Positions 27,302-36,698 of a stretch of DNA of 51,623 nucleotides are shown piece by piece. The position numbers and the translations under genes are program-made. The DNA is taken from NCBI GenBank assembly GCA_963667175.2, contig CAXXXF010000008.1, forward strand, positions 1 to 51,623, read 5' to 3'. Source of the stretch: Candidatus Latescibacterota bacterium (lineage in GTDB: Bacteria; Latescibacterota; UBA2968; GCA-2709665). The notes under the pieces were generated by a model. It saw nothing but the letters and a program-made list of their open reading frames with translations, was not told the DNA's origin and did no database searches. Every line of letters begins with the position of its first letter. Position 1 is the first letter of the stretch.

Positions 27302-27798
27302 ACGTCGTCGTCGCCTGCTGGCCGGTTCAGGGGGACACCCAGGATCTCGGAGGCTTTTTTTTGGATCTCGAGGATCGTGTTCGCCTGTTCCAATCGTCGA
27401 CGCAAACGGGCGTTCTCCTTGCGCAGGTGCTGGTTCTCGACGGCCACCTCGTCGCGGCGATGTCCCTTGGGTCCCCGCAGCTTCGACAGCGCCTTGAGCG
27501 ACCCCTCACGACGCGCACGACGCCACTGCGTCAACTGCGAGGAATACAACCCCTCCCGGCGCAGCAGCGCGCCCACTTCGCCAGGGGCACGGCACGCATC
27601 CGCCGCTTCCAGGATGCGAAGCTTGTACTTTGCCGTGAACCGGCGACGCTTCGCACGCGCCGGCACCTCCGGATCCGGCCTCGTGGTTGTGGAGGTCCCG
27701 CGCGGGACCTCCACAACCAGAGACCCCTTGCTGCCGTTGCCTACAACATCGGTTCTTGACCTCATCTCTTGTTCTCCTCTCCGCCCATGATACGACAT
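27298..27798 (-). CDS. IS3 transposase OrfA (HTH)
   Basis: RRRFTAKYKLRIL and GALLRREGLYSSQL..WR; A8 slippery run near 27355-27362; ATGA overlap with orfB. Confidence 0.88.
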   Translation of the reverse strand: MSYHGRRGEQEMRSRTDVVGNGSKGSLVVEVPRGTSTTTRPDPEVPARAKRRRFTAKYKLRILEAADACRAPGEVGALLRREGLYSSQLTQWRRARREGSLKALSKLRGPKGHRRDEVAVENQHLRKENARLRRRLEQANTILEIQKKASEILGVPLNRPAGDDDV

Positions 27799-27997
27799 TA
27801 ATCTCGAAGGGGGAGTTGTCTCACTCTATATTGGCACGTAGGGTTTTCCTCTGACTCATTTAGCCCAATATTATAGGTACGGTAAAAAGTAGGCAAAGCG
27901 CGACTCGCCCGATTTTTTGTCTACAAAAACCGCTTAGGTCAGGACCCCCAACCCCGCCAGGGACGTAAGCCGGTAAGGTTATAGTGCCCGCTTTTCT

Positions 27998-29287
27998 TTA
28001 TGTCCGGGTTGACAAGACCTGTTCTTCGTAGGCTTCCATTTCCGGAATCCACGCGGCGCCGGGGGGGACGCCGGATGCCAGGCAGGCCATGTCCCACACG
28101 GCGGCAAACGGCATGGTTTTCATGTCTTCCATCAGGCCGAGCTTCTGCGCCAGTTTTCCTTCCCGTTCGAGTTCCTTCAGACTTTCCGTAGGATCCAGCA
28201 GCGCGTAGAGGATGGCTTTTCTGGTCGCGCGGGTGCCGATCACGTAGGCGCCGATGCGGTTGATGCTGGCGTCGAAGAAGTCCAGGGCCACGTACACGCG
28301 GTCCAGCGCGCCGCATCGCACCACTTCCAGAAAGACGTCTCGCACGTCGTCGCCGAAGAGCACGACGTGGTCCGAGTCCCAGCGGATGGGCCGGCTGGTG
28401 TGGATGAGCAGCTTCTCGTGGAAGGGAAGGTGTGCCGAGATCTTGTCGGCGATGGATTCCGTCGGGTGGAAGTGGCCCATGTCCAGGCACGGAACTACGC
28501 CCCGCGACAGGGCGTAGTTCGCATAGAAGTCATTGGACCCCGCCGTGTAGTCTTCCACGCCCAGGCCGAAGAGCTTGCCCTCCACGGCGTCCACGCAGGC
28601 CGGCCCGATGCCCAGGGCGGGGTCCAGGACGGCGTCGAGCGACGCTACCAGGCGTTCGCGAGGCCCGAGGCGGTCCGCGGGATGGTCCTTGGCGCCGTCG
28701 GGGATCCAGTGGTTGTTCACGCATTCGTCTGCCAGCGCAATCCCGATGACCTCCGCGATTCGCCGGCTGGCCACACCGTGCCGGATCCAGAATTCCCGGA
28801 TATCCTTGTCAGGATGGGCCAGGGTGTACCCGTCGTTCGCCTTCGGATGGGCAAAATACGTGGGGTTGAAGTCCAGCCCGACGTCATTTTCTTTCGCCCA
28901 GCCAATCCATCCGGCGAAGTGTACGGGTTCCAGACGGTCCCGGTCCACGACCTTGCCGCCCGTATCGCCGTAGGACGCGTGGACGTTCGCGCGGTGCCGG
29001 CCGGGCAACAGGCCGATGACCTGCTTCAGGTCGCCGCGAAGCTCCTCGCCGTCTCGCGCTCTGCCCGGGTAGTTCCCGGTGGCCATGATGCCGCCGCCTT
29101 CCACGGCTTCATCCTTCGTCTCGAACCCCGCCACGTCGTCGGCCTGCCAGCAGTGAAGCGAAATGGGCACGCCCAGCGCTCTGTCAACGGCTTCGTGCGC
29201 GTTCACGCCGAAGGAGGCATACTGTTCGGCAGCCTCCTGGAAGGCGGCCTCGATCTGCCCGTCGGTCCGCGTCGTCTGGTATTGCAT
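27998..29287 (-). CDS. rhaA: L-rhamnose isomerase
   Basis: ISLHCWQADDVAGFE, ATGNYPGRAR, LDFNPTYFAHP, WIPDG.KD, EGKLFG.G.E.YT.GS, DMGHFHPTE, RWDSDHVV and DFFDASINRI. Confidence 0.95.
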   Translation of the reverse strand: MQYQTTRTDGQIEAAFQEAAEQYASFGVNAHEAVDRALGVPISLHCWQADDVAGFETKDEAVEGGGIMATGNYPGRARDGEELRGDLKQVIGLLPGRHRANVHASYGDTGGKVVDRDRLEPVHFAGWIGWAKENDVGLDFNPTYFAHPKANDGYTLAHPDKDIREFWIRHGVASRRIAEVIGIALADECVNNHWIPDGAKDHPADRLGPRERLVASLDAVLDPALGIGPACVDAVEGKLFGLGVEDYTAGSNDFYANYALSRGVVPCLDMGHFHPTESIADKISAHLPFHEKLLIHTSRPIRWDSDHVVLFGDDVRDVFLEVVRCGALDRVYVALDFFDASINRIGAYVIGTRATRKAILYALLDPTESLKELEREGKLAQKLGLMEDMKTMPFAAVWDMACLASGVPPGAAWIPEMEAYEEQVLSTRT

Positions 29288-29403
29288 CCGGTTTCTCCCT
29301 GACGGTTTACCGGGAAACTGGGGCGTTCCCTGGTACCTGCCGTTCTTCGCCCGATTCCCGCATGGAACAGACAGACAGTGACATCGCGTGGTGTCCTGGA
29401 TGG

Positions 29404-29793
29404 CTATCGAACACCCGGCAGCGCTGCGACCATATCCTGAAGCCATGCCTTCAACTCAGCGAACCGGAATGAACCGGCCTCCAGCATCCCGACGATAAAC
29501 GCGTATGCCTCATCGTCGTCGCAATCGATGAAGCGGCCGTTCATGCGCAGGAAGGTGTCGGTGACGAAGAAGGCCGCCCGTTTGTTCCCGTCTACAAAGG
29601 GATGGTTGTTGGCCAGGCTTTCCATGAGCGCGGCCGCCTGCTCGATCAGACCTTCGTAGTATCCAAGCTGGGGGCGCATCAGCGCCGACGCGAGGGCGCC
29701 TTCGTCGCGAATGCCCGGCGGCCCGCCAAACGTCTCGATCAGGACGCCGTGGATGACGATGACTTCCTGTATGGTGGGGAAGTCACGGGTCAT
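29404..29793 (-). CDS. Death-on-curing (Doc/Fic) toxin
   Basis: GIRDEGAL.SAL.RP and NHPFVDGNKR. Confidence 0.9.
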   Translation of the reverse strand: MTRDFPTIQEVIVIHGVLIETFGGPPGIRDEGALASALMRPQLGYYEGLIEQAAALMESLANNHPFVDGNKRAAFFVTDTFLRMNGRFIDCDDDEAYAFIVGMLEAGSFRFAELKAWLQDMVAALPGVR

Positions 29794-30017
29794 CTGGCCA
29801 GCATTTCACCCAGCTGGCGGTTTCGCTCAACGCTGGCCTGAAAGTGCGCCATGACCTCGGCGCGGGGCTTCTGCCGGGACCGGTTGTCGATGTATTCCCG
29901 CATGGCCTCTTCCAACACCGCCTGAAAGTGACGCCCCTCCTCACGGGCAATCTCCCGCATTGTACACAGCAACTCCGGCGCCACCTGGCTCGAGAATTTT
30001 TCCCGCGGCGAATTCAT
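29790..30017 (-). CDS. Putative RHH antitoxin of the Doc toxin
   Basis: KFSSQV.PELL..MREIAREEGR..QAVLEEAMREY; overlaps the toxin start. Confidence 0.75.
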   Translation of the reverse strand: MNSPREKFSSQVAPELLCTMREIAREEGRHFQAVLEEAMREYIDNRSRQKPRAEVMAHFQASVERNRQLGEMLAR

Positions 30018-30065
30018 AGCGCAGAACCCCGTTTTTTCAGTGAAATTGAGGCATTTTGCTGCATC

Positions 30066-30085
30066 TGTCAAGATTTATCTTGACA
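30066..30085. promoter_or_regulatory. Palindromic operator overlapping -35 boxes upstream of the Doc TA operon
   Basis: TGTCAAGAT-TT-ATCTTGACA, a perfect inverted repeat with 9 bp arms. Confidence 0.6.
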
Positions 30086-30194
30086 AAGATGGGTAACGAA
30101 TCCGCGTTGACGTCCAAGGGACTGTTCTCCCTCGATCCTTGTGTTTTGTACCGGGCCTGTCTCCATTCCCGCGACCGGATACACAGGCAGCCGG

Positions 30195-31127
30195 TCAACC
30201 GATTATCGCCTGCAATTCGGGCAGGAGGTAGGCGAGGGCGACGCTTACGATGAGCCCGCCGGTAATTTTCGCGAAATCCATCAATACCAGGCGCGTGACC
30301 TCCGGGCGGCTGCGGTGACGCTGATTCCAGGCGACCGCAATCTCGCGGCCGGCGAGGAGACCCACAAAGACCCAGGTCGTGCTCATCGGAAGCTTGGAGA
30401 CCTCCTTGAACAGGAACAGTACGATCCCGTAGATCAGATCGACGAACGTCGCCGAACGGATGTCGGTCGTGTTCGTCTTGGTCAGCACCACCCTCTGTAT
30501 CGCGCCGCCGTGGGTATAGAAGATCGCGGCGTGCAGAACCAGCATGACGACCATCGCCAGAAGGAAGTACTCCGTTGAAAGGTCGCGCGGAAGGAAAACG
30601 AATATGTTGGCCAGGTCCTGTATCAGCCATTGGCTCCATAGAAAACCGGTCGAACACCACTGCGCCACCACCCACCAGCCGCTGCTGGGCCCTTCGCTTT
30701 TGTGGAAGCGGGACTCGAGGCGCCCCGTCACCCATCGGTAGATCAGGATGGCCGCTACGAAGGCCGTCGCATAGCCGCTCAACGACTTGATCAGCATGCT
30801 CGGCAACGCCTTGGGCGCAAAGATCGTCAGGGTGAGGAAGGTGGTGCTGACCGGGATGCCCGAGCGAGTCAGCAGAAGCAGGACGAACGGCGGCACGCAG
30901 TAGATCCACGTCCATTGTTCGGGTTCCGGGATCGTCTCCAATCTGCCATAAGAGACGTCGTGGTGAATCCACCATCCGTAAGACAGGACGGCAACCAGAA
31001 TGGCGCAGGCGAAGATCCAGAGCACCCACCACGGGCGCCTGGCATTGGAACTGAGGAAGGTCCCCAGGGTTTGAATGGCGTCGTTGCCGACGATCGAATA
31101 CGAAGCGAGCAGAAACCCGCCGATCAT
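30195..31127 (-). CDS. Integral membrane protein, distantly PiT-like
   Basis: Many hydrophobic helices; GNDAIQTLGTF, GIPVSTT, QDLAN and PMSTTW. Confidence 0.65.
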   Translation of the reverse strand: MIGGFLLASYSIVGNDAIQTLGTFLSSNARRPWWVLWIFACAILVAVLSYGWWIHHDVSYGRLETIPEPEQWTWIYCVPPFVLLLLTRSGIPVSTTFLTLTIFAPKALPSMLIKSLSGYATAFVAAILIYRWVTGRLESRFHKSEGPSSGWWVVAQWCSTGFLWSQWLIQDLANIFVFLPRDLSTEYFLLAMVVMLVLHAAIFYTHGGAIQRVVLTKTNTTDIRSATFVDLIYGIVLFLFKEVSKLPMSTTWVFVGLLAGREIAVAWNQRHRSRPEVTRLVLMDFAKITGGLIVSVALAYLLPELQAIIG

Positions 31128-31211
31128 GATGACTTCCTGACTGATAGGGACCTCCTTTGATTGATGGGATGCTGACGGCCTGGACCCTGTCGCTCACGGG
31201 TGTTCGGCCGT

Positions 31212-32351
31212 TCAGTCCTGATTCACAAGTTCTCCGGATTTCACGGTCGCCAGCGGTTCCCACGACCCGCCCGGGCGTTCCACGCCCAGCACGTCGTACA
31301 GACGTCCATCGGGGTTCCACTGGAGGATGGCCAGGTCGGCACATGCGCCCGGCGCCAGTGTGCCGACCTCGCCCTTCAGCCCCAGCAACTCGGCGGGTCT
31401 CGCCGTCGCCCGCGCGAAGACTTCCCCTTCGGGCATGCCGGCGGCGATGTACTTCGACATCGTTCTTGGAAGGTGGTGGGGCGGATCGGCCCCGACGTGA
31501 GCGATGTACTGGTCGGTGGAAACCGTGTCGGGGTAGAATCCTTCCGCGATGGCCGGCTCCGCGTGGGCGAAACTGAACGATTGCGCCCCGTGGCATCCGT
31601 CGAACAGGACGCCCCGGTCCCTGGCCTCGCGGACGGCCCGTCGCACCCTTCCGTCTGCGATGACGTTATCGGGACGGGGGCTGAACGTGTAGGTGAAAAC
31701 GTCTCCCGACCGCAGGTGCGCCAGCTGTTCCGCGAGGGGAAAATCCACGTTGAAGCGCGGCCCGTACAGGATGGGGCGTCCACTGCGTTCGGCGGCATCC
31801 ACGCCGCGGCGCATGATCTCTTTCGGGTCGTGGGCAAGCCTGGGTTCGAGCACGGTGTTGAACGCGATCCCCCAGATCTCGTCCCCGGCTGCGGCGACGG
31901 TTTCCGCGCAGAGGCCGACGTCGGCGGTCTCGAGCTGTTCGAAGCAGTGATCCGGCGGCGTTTCGCCGGTTTTCGAGAGGTGCAGGGCCAGTTTCACCCG
32001 GGTGCGGCATCCATGCAAGACTTTCTCCCGATACGCAGGCCAGTTGAGGGCGCCCGCGTCGCCCTGCGACATGCAGGTGGTGACCCCGCACGGAAGAAAG
32101 TGCGCGTCGGGATCGACGCCGAACCGCGAGCCGCCCCGGGACGGGTGCGCGTGCATATCCACCAGCCCCGGCAGAAGCAGGGCATCGGGAAAGTCGAGGG
32201 CGCGGGACGCGGCGCCGCTCACGTCCGGGCCTGAGGCGACGATGCGGTCGCCGCGGACAGCGACCGCGCCGGGCCCGTCCAGGCCGGTTTCGGCACAGAA
32301 GACGCGGCCGGCCCTAATCAGCAGATCAAAGGCGTCGGTTGTTGTGGACAT
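31212..32351 (-). CDS. Metal-dependent amidohydrolase (dihydroorotase/deacetylase-like)
   Basis: PGLVDMHAH, GVTT, HG..SF, STD and GTLAPG..ADLA. Confidence 0.85.
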   Translation of the reverse strand: MSTTTDAFDLLIRAGRVFCAETGLDGPGAVAVRGDRIVASGPDVSGAASRALDFPDALLLPGLVDMHAHPSRGGSRFGVDPDAHFLPCGVTTCMSQGDAGALNWPAYREKVLHGCRTRVKLALHLSKTGETPPDHCFEQLETADVGLCAETVAAAGDEIWGIAFNTVLEPRLAHDPKEIMRRGVDAAERSGRPILYGPRFNVDFPLAEQLAHLRSGDVFTYTFSPRPDNVIADGRVRRAVREARDRGVLFDGCHGAQSFSFAHAEPAIAEGFYPDTVSTDQYIAHVGADPPHHLPRTMSKYIAAGMPEGEVFARATARPAELLGLKGEVGTLAPGACADLAILQWNPDGRLYDVLGVERPGGSWEPLATVKSGELVNQD

Positions 32352-32537
32352 CAATCGCTCCTGTTGGGTTGAAATCGCGTTCCCTCTCATCGACGCACAT
32401 CAATCCGCGTTCCGCCGATGTACGACGACCGGGAAAGCCAGCCCTTTCCATCTGCCTCGATTCTCATTACCATGGCACGGCGCAGACCGACCGAATATCT
32501 CATTCATCTACGATCCTGCACACCAGGGAGAAGCCCG

Positions 32538-32855
32538 ATGATCTACGAACACCGTACCTACCGAATCCCTGAAGGCCGGATGCCGGATATCCTCGACCGG
32601 TTCAATAATACGACGTTTGGTATCTTTGACCGGCACGGCATTCAGGTCGTCGGTTTCTGGACCCGAAGGGATGCCAACGAGTAGATCTACCTCTGTGCAT
32701 TCGAAAGCGAAGAAGCGATGGAAACCGCGTGGGATTCATTTCGCGCGGACCCCGAATGGATCGCGGCCCGGGAACGGACCGAAGCCAACGGGCCCATCGT
32801 GGACGAGGTGGTCTCCCACGTGCTCGTCCCGACTTCCTTCTCGCCGTTGCAATAG
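32538..32855 (+). pseudogene. NIPSNAP family protein with an in-frame TAG at 32682-32684
   Basis: MIYEHRTY...F.RHGI.VVGFW..ANE*IYL..F...AW..FRADPEW...L.PT.FSPLQ. Confidence 0.82.
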
Positions 32856-32895
32856 CGGCGCCTCGCTAAGCTGTTTCGAATCAATGCCGTCCCCG

Positions 32896-33225
32896 TCATT
32901 TGGGCGGGAGCGTCCGGACGAAGTCGACCGCCCGGTACACCCATTCCTCAAGACTTTCATCCGATACGATCGCGGGCGGCCCTACCATCGCCCACCCTCT
33001 CATGACCCGGCCCGTGACGTCGAACGCCTTCACGTGCGGCTGCGCAAGCGTCTCGTCGTGATCGGCTCTGTCGAGCCGGACGATCAGCGAACCCTTCCAC
33101 GTCCCCGCGCACATGTTCCCCTCGATCATGAAACAGACCCCGCCGAACATCCTTCTCTCGGAGAATCCCTCCTCTTGAGAAAGAATCGAACGGATCCGCC
33201 CGGTAAGTTTTTCGTCGCCGGCCAT
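32896..33225 (-). CDS. TfoX/Sxy N-terminal domain protein
   Basis: ERRMFGG.CFM..GNM, M.GW..V and FVRTLPPK. Confidence 0.85.
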   Translation of the reverse strand: MAGDEKLTGRIRSILSQEEGFSERRMFGGVCFMIEGNMCAGTWKGSLIVRLDRADHDETLAQPHVKAFDVTGRVMRGWAMVGPPAIVSDESLEEWVYRAVDFVRTLPPK

Positions 33226-33229
33226 CTGT

Positions 33230-33796
33230 TTAGATTTCCTCGAAGAGTTCTCTCAGTTTGAACACCGTATTGTGATTTCGGGCGGTGACCTGCTTGTATT
33301 CCTGTGACGCCGGCAGCTTCACCCAGGTCGCCCGGGTCGGGTGCGCCCTGGACACCGACCAGTAGATCACCCCGGGCCCGGCGCTAACGGTTTCCCACGC
33401 CGGTTTCGGGGTCCGGAGTCTGGTAATAATCCGATCGGGCGCGGCGCCCGCCAGTGTGAACAGCGCATGGTGCATGCGGTCATCGTCGCGTCCCCAGTCT
33501 TCCGGCGCCGAATCGACCGCGGTTCGAAATGAACGGCGCGACAGGACGACGGCGCGGGCATCGTATGAAAATCGAACCGAAAGGGCTCGTTCGATCTCGT
33601 CCGTCAGCGCGACGACGTCGTTTTCGGAGGACCGGAAGAGGATGTTGCCGCTCTGGATGTATGTTCGGACGCTGCGGTGCCCCAGGGTCTTGAAGCACTC
33701 GCGGAGCGCGTCCTTTGGCACGATGTTCTTTCCGCCCACGTTGATCCCCCGGAGGAGCGCGAGGAATCGAGGTTGTGTTTCGGTCTTGTCCGACAT
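33230..33796 (-). CDS. DUF1697 family protein
   Basis: ALLRGINVGG.N, V.TYIQSGN..F and TARN.NTV.KL. Confidence 0.88.
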   Translation of the reverse strand: MSDKTETQPRFLALLRGINVGGKNIVPKDALRECFKTLGHRSVRTYIQSGNILFRSSENDVVALTDEIERALSVRFSYDARAVVLSRRSFRTAVDSAPEDWGRDDDRMHHALFTLAGAAPDRIITRLRTPKPAWETVSAGPGVIYWSVSRAHPTRATWVKLPASQEYKQVTARNHNTVFKLRELFEEI

Positions 33797-33844
33797 GTGC
33801 AACCGTGTCTCCGTTTCCGGTTGATCGGATTGACTCCGGTCCGA

Positions 33845-35506
33845 CTACCGCGCGCCCCCGTCCCTGAGCATCTTCGCGATCTCCGCATGCCCGCGGCGTT
33901 CCGCCCAGGCCATGGGCGCTGCCCACTCGGCGCCGGCAGCGTTCGGGTCGGCGCCGCTTTCCAGCAGCAGCCCAACCAGCTCCGCGTTTCCCTCGCGGGC
34001 GGCGATCCCCAGCGGGGTGGACCGGTCTTCCTCGTCTATTGCGTTGATGTCCGCGCCGTACTCAAGGAACAAACGCACCATCGCGGCCGGGTCGGACACG
34101 GCACGGATGCCGCTGCAGAGGTCGTGTAGCGGGGTCCGCCGCTGCCAGTCGGGCAGGTCCGGGTCCAGGCCGTGTTCCAGGAGCCGGCGCGTCATACGCG
34201 GCACGTGGTACAGGTAGGTCTTGCATGCGGTAAGCACGTGCGGCATCGGGTGTTTGCGCTGCAGGAACATATTGAGCATGGCCTCGTGGGCGTCCGTGGA
34301 TTCTCCGTGGTCCTCCTTGCGCCCGCAGCCGCTGACGACGGCGGTGTAGGGCGTGGTCAGATACTCGGTCTCCTCATTGGAAAACGGATCGTCGGTGTAG
34401 CGCAGAATCGCCGCCACGGTTTCGAGCTCGCCGCGCTGCACGTAGCCCCACGCGCCTGAGGCGCGCCCTCCATAGCCGTACAGGAGACCCCGCATGGCGT
34501 CGGTACGGGCGCGGATCGCGGGGGAACCCGAGGAGTTGACGTGTCCGTTCGGATCGGCCCCGGCCTCCAGAAGCCACCTCGCGACTTCAAGGTCGTCCTC
34601 CACGGTGGCGCTCATCAGCGACGACCCGTAGGGGCACATGCGACCCTCCGGCAGGATGGGGTCCGCGCCGCTGTCCAGCAGAAATCGGACGATTTCGCGA
34701 TGACCGTGCTCCACGGCGGCCGAGAGCGGACGCTTCCGAATTCCGTCGCCGTCGTTCACGGCCGCGGGATCAGCCGCGACGAACGCGCGAACGGCATCCA
34801 GGTCGCCCCTCGCCGCGGCCAGCGTGGGGCTGTCGCGGGAGCCTGATTTTCGAAGCAGTTCAGCCAGTTCCGGGTTCACCCTTGAACGGTGCCACATCAG
34901 GTCGCGCCAACGGGCATAGTGGACGGCGCGAAACCCGGCATGGTCCGTCGCGTCGACCTCGATATTGCTCTTGAGAAGAATCTGAGCCGCTGTCTCGTCG
35001 TTCTCAACGACCGCAACGTGCAGCGCGGTCCTGCCTTCTGCGTCCCGTTGTGATGCGATCCCGTCCGAATCTTCGAGAAGGCGATGGATCTTCGCGTGAT
35101 CTCCGGCTTTCACGGCCTCGTGCAGCGGAAGATCCGACGCCTCGCCGGCGCCGACAGCCTTGCGGAGATAATCGGCCACTGCCGCGTGGCCGCGGTCGTC
35201 GGCCATGACAATCAGATCGGACACCTCGTCGTGTGCATAGGCTTCCCACAACACCCGTGTCGCGTCGAGATTGCCCTCCCGAACCGCGAAGTGGAGCGGC
35301 GGGGTATACCAGAACTGCAGTCTGGCGCGGTTCGGATCCTTGCGAAGGTGCTCGCGCAGGGCGTCGGCGTCATTCCGGATCGCGGCGCCGATGAGTTCCC
35401 AATACAGGCGCCCCGCCTCCGTTTCTACGCACCAGGACGGGCGATGCATGGCGTCGATGACGTCCTGCGGCGTTCGATCCGATTCGCCGGTTTTTTCGAT
35501 GTTCAT
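33845..35506 (-). CDS. Ankyrin repeat protein (C-terminal part of an in-frame read-through ORF)
   Basis: Repeated TPLH/TALH...LL..GADPN; own AAGGA RBS before MNIEK. Confidence 0.85.
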   Translation of the reverse strand: MNIEKTGESDRTPQDVIDAMHRPSWCVETEAGRLYWELIGAAIRNDADALREHLRKDPNRARLQFWYTPPLHFAVREGNLDATRVLWEAYAHDEVSDLIVMADDRGHAAVADYLRKAVGAGEASDLPLHEAVKAGDHAKIHRLLEDSDGIASQRDAEGRTALHVAVVENDETAAQILLKSNIEVDATDHAGFRAVHYARWRDLMWHRSRVNPELAELLRKSGSRDSPTLAAARGDLDAVRAFVAADPAAVNDGDGIRKRPLSAAVEHGHREIVRFLLDSGADPILPEGRMCPYGSSLMSATVEDDLEVARWLLEAGADPNGHVNSSGSPAIRARTDAMRGLLYGYGGRASGAWGYVQRGELETVAAILRYTDDPFSNEETEYLTTPYTAVVSGCGRKEDHGESTDAHEAMLNMFLQRKHPMPHVLTACKTYLYHVPRMTRRLLEHGLDPDLPDWQRRTPLHDLCSGIRAVSDPAAMVRLFLEYGADINAIDEEDRSTPLGIAAREGNAELVGLLLESGADPNAAGAEWAAPMAWAERRGHAEIAKMLRDGGAR

Positions 35507-36583
35507 CCCGATCCTTTCCGTGGATTCGCGTTGACTTCCGTTCGTCCGTTCTTCCTTCACGATTCTCTGTTCGAATCGGAACACGTTCTCGCTGGCGGGG
35601 TCCACCGTTACCTCGATCCAGTGTACGTCGGAGGCGCCGAACGTCTCCACGCGCGTGAAATTCGCAATGCGCTTCCCGCCCCCCTTGCGCCGAAGCGGCT
35701 TGTCGATCCGGAAATAATGGGAGTCGCCGTGCGCCAGCACCACGGGACGGCCGAATCGCGCCGTTTCCTCGCGCAACACGTCGAGGACCTCCTGAAAGTG
35801 GGGCGGGTCCGGTTTCGGCTTCTGCTCCAGGCCCATCGTGGCATGAAGGGTTAGAAAAAGACCCTTGCCAGATTCACCTGCCGCGGCGAAAGCTTCGCGA
35901 AGCCACGCGATACCGGCCCGGGTGCGCCGTTCGACCGCCGCGTCGTGCCGTTCCGTCCTCATCGGGATCGTGCCAACCTCGGTCGAGTCCCGGCGCTGAA
36001 ACGCAGCCAGCCCGTTCCTGCTACCCACAATATGAACGGTTGCAAAATGGACCCCGGCCCGTTCCCAGCGGACGTTCTCGATGAACTCGCTGTATTCCGG
36101 AAACGACGCCTGGGATTCAACTCGCATCGGACGCTTTCCGAGCGTCATCCCGGCGCGGGGATAGAACAGTGACCGCAGTTTCCGGAGGCGTTCCAGCGGA
36201 TCGAAGCGGCCGGCATTCTTCTTATGGCAGTCCGTCCATTCGTTGTCGCCCGGCGTGAGGATGAACGGGTACTCGAAGCGGTTGAATCTCTCCAGGCGTT
36301 CCGCAAGAAATGCGTCCGTGCAGGGTTGGCCGCCGCTTTTGACGTCGCCGGCGTGGATGACCCATTGAACGTCCCTATCGGCGTTGATCTGGTCGATCAC
36401 CCTTGCGAACCGCAGGCTGTCGCGGTGGGCGTAGGGCACGTCTCCGATCAGGGCAAAGGTAAACGTGTCACCGCCCGCCCGGCTTTGCGAGGGCGCGAAG
36501 GCGACCGCGGCGACAAGGGCCAGGACCCCGGCCGCCGCTGTGATTGACCGTACAACGTGGCTTGCGTGATCGTTCGAATTCAT
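35507..36583 (-). CDS. Secreted calcineurin-like metallophosphoesterase, with no stop before the ankyrin gene
   Basis: Signal peptide, IGDVPY, HAGDVKSG, PGDNEWTDC and HGDSH. Confidence 0.8.
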
Positions 36584-36698
36584 CAGATCTCCATCGTGTA
36601 AGTACGTCTCATTCCGATCCCCGTCCGGTTTCTGGGAACCATCGAAGGCGCCTGGCATCCGGTCGCCGGCCGGATATATTCCTGAGAAGAGTAAACCC

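Larger units (their letters stand above)
26255..27836 (-). mobile_element. IS3-family insertion sequence
   Basis: Imperfect IRs TGTCAATAGAAATGAGACACCTCCC and GGGAGTTGTCTCACTCTATATTGGCA (TG...CA); orfA/orfB arrangement. Confidence 0.9.

Noticed and set aside
26251-27840. Target site duplication for the IS3 element
   Set aside because: The flanks AACG and CGTA share only CG, so no 3-4 bp duplication can be called.
30037-31596. Long alternative-frame and antisense ORFs (also 173-1213, 7478-8824, 9666-11084, 19741-21096 and 39191-40690)
   Set aside because: They overlap well-supported genes, have no recognisable motifs and are expected shadow ORFs in high-GC DNA.
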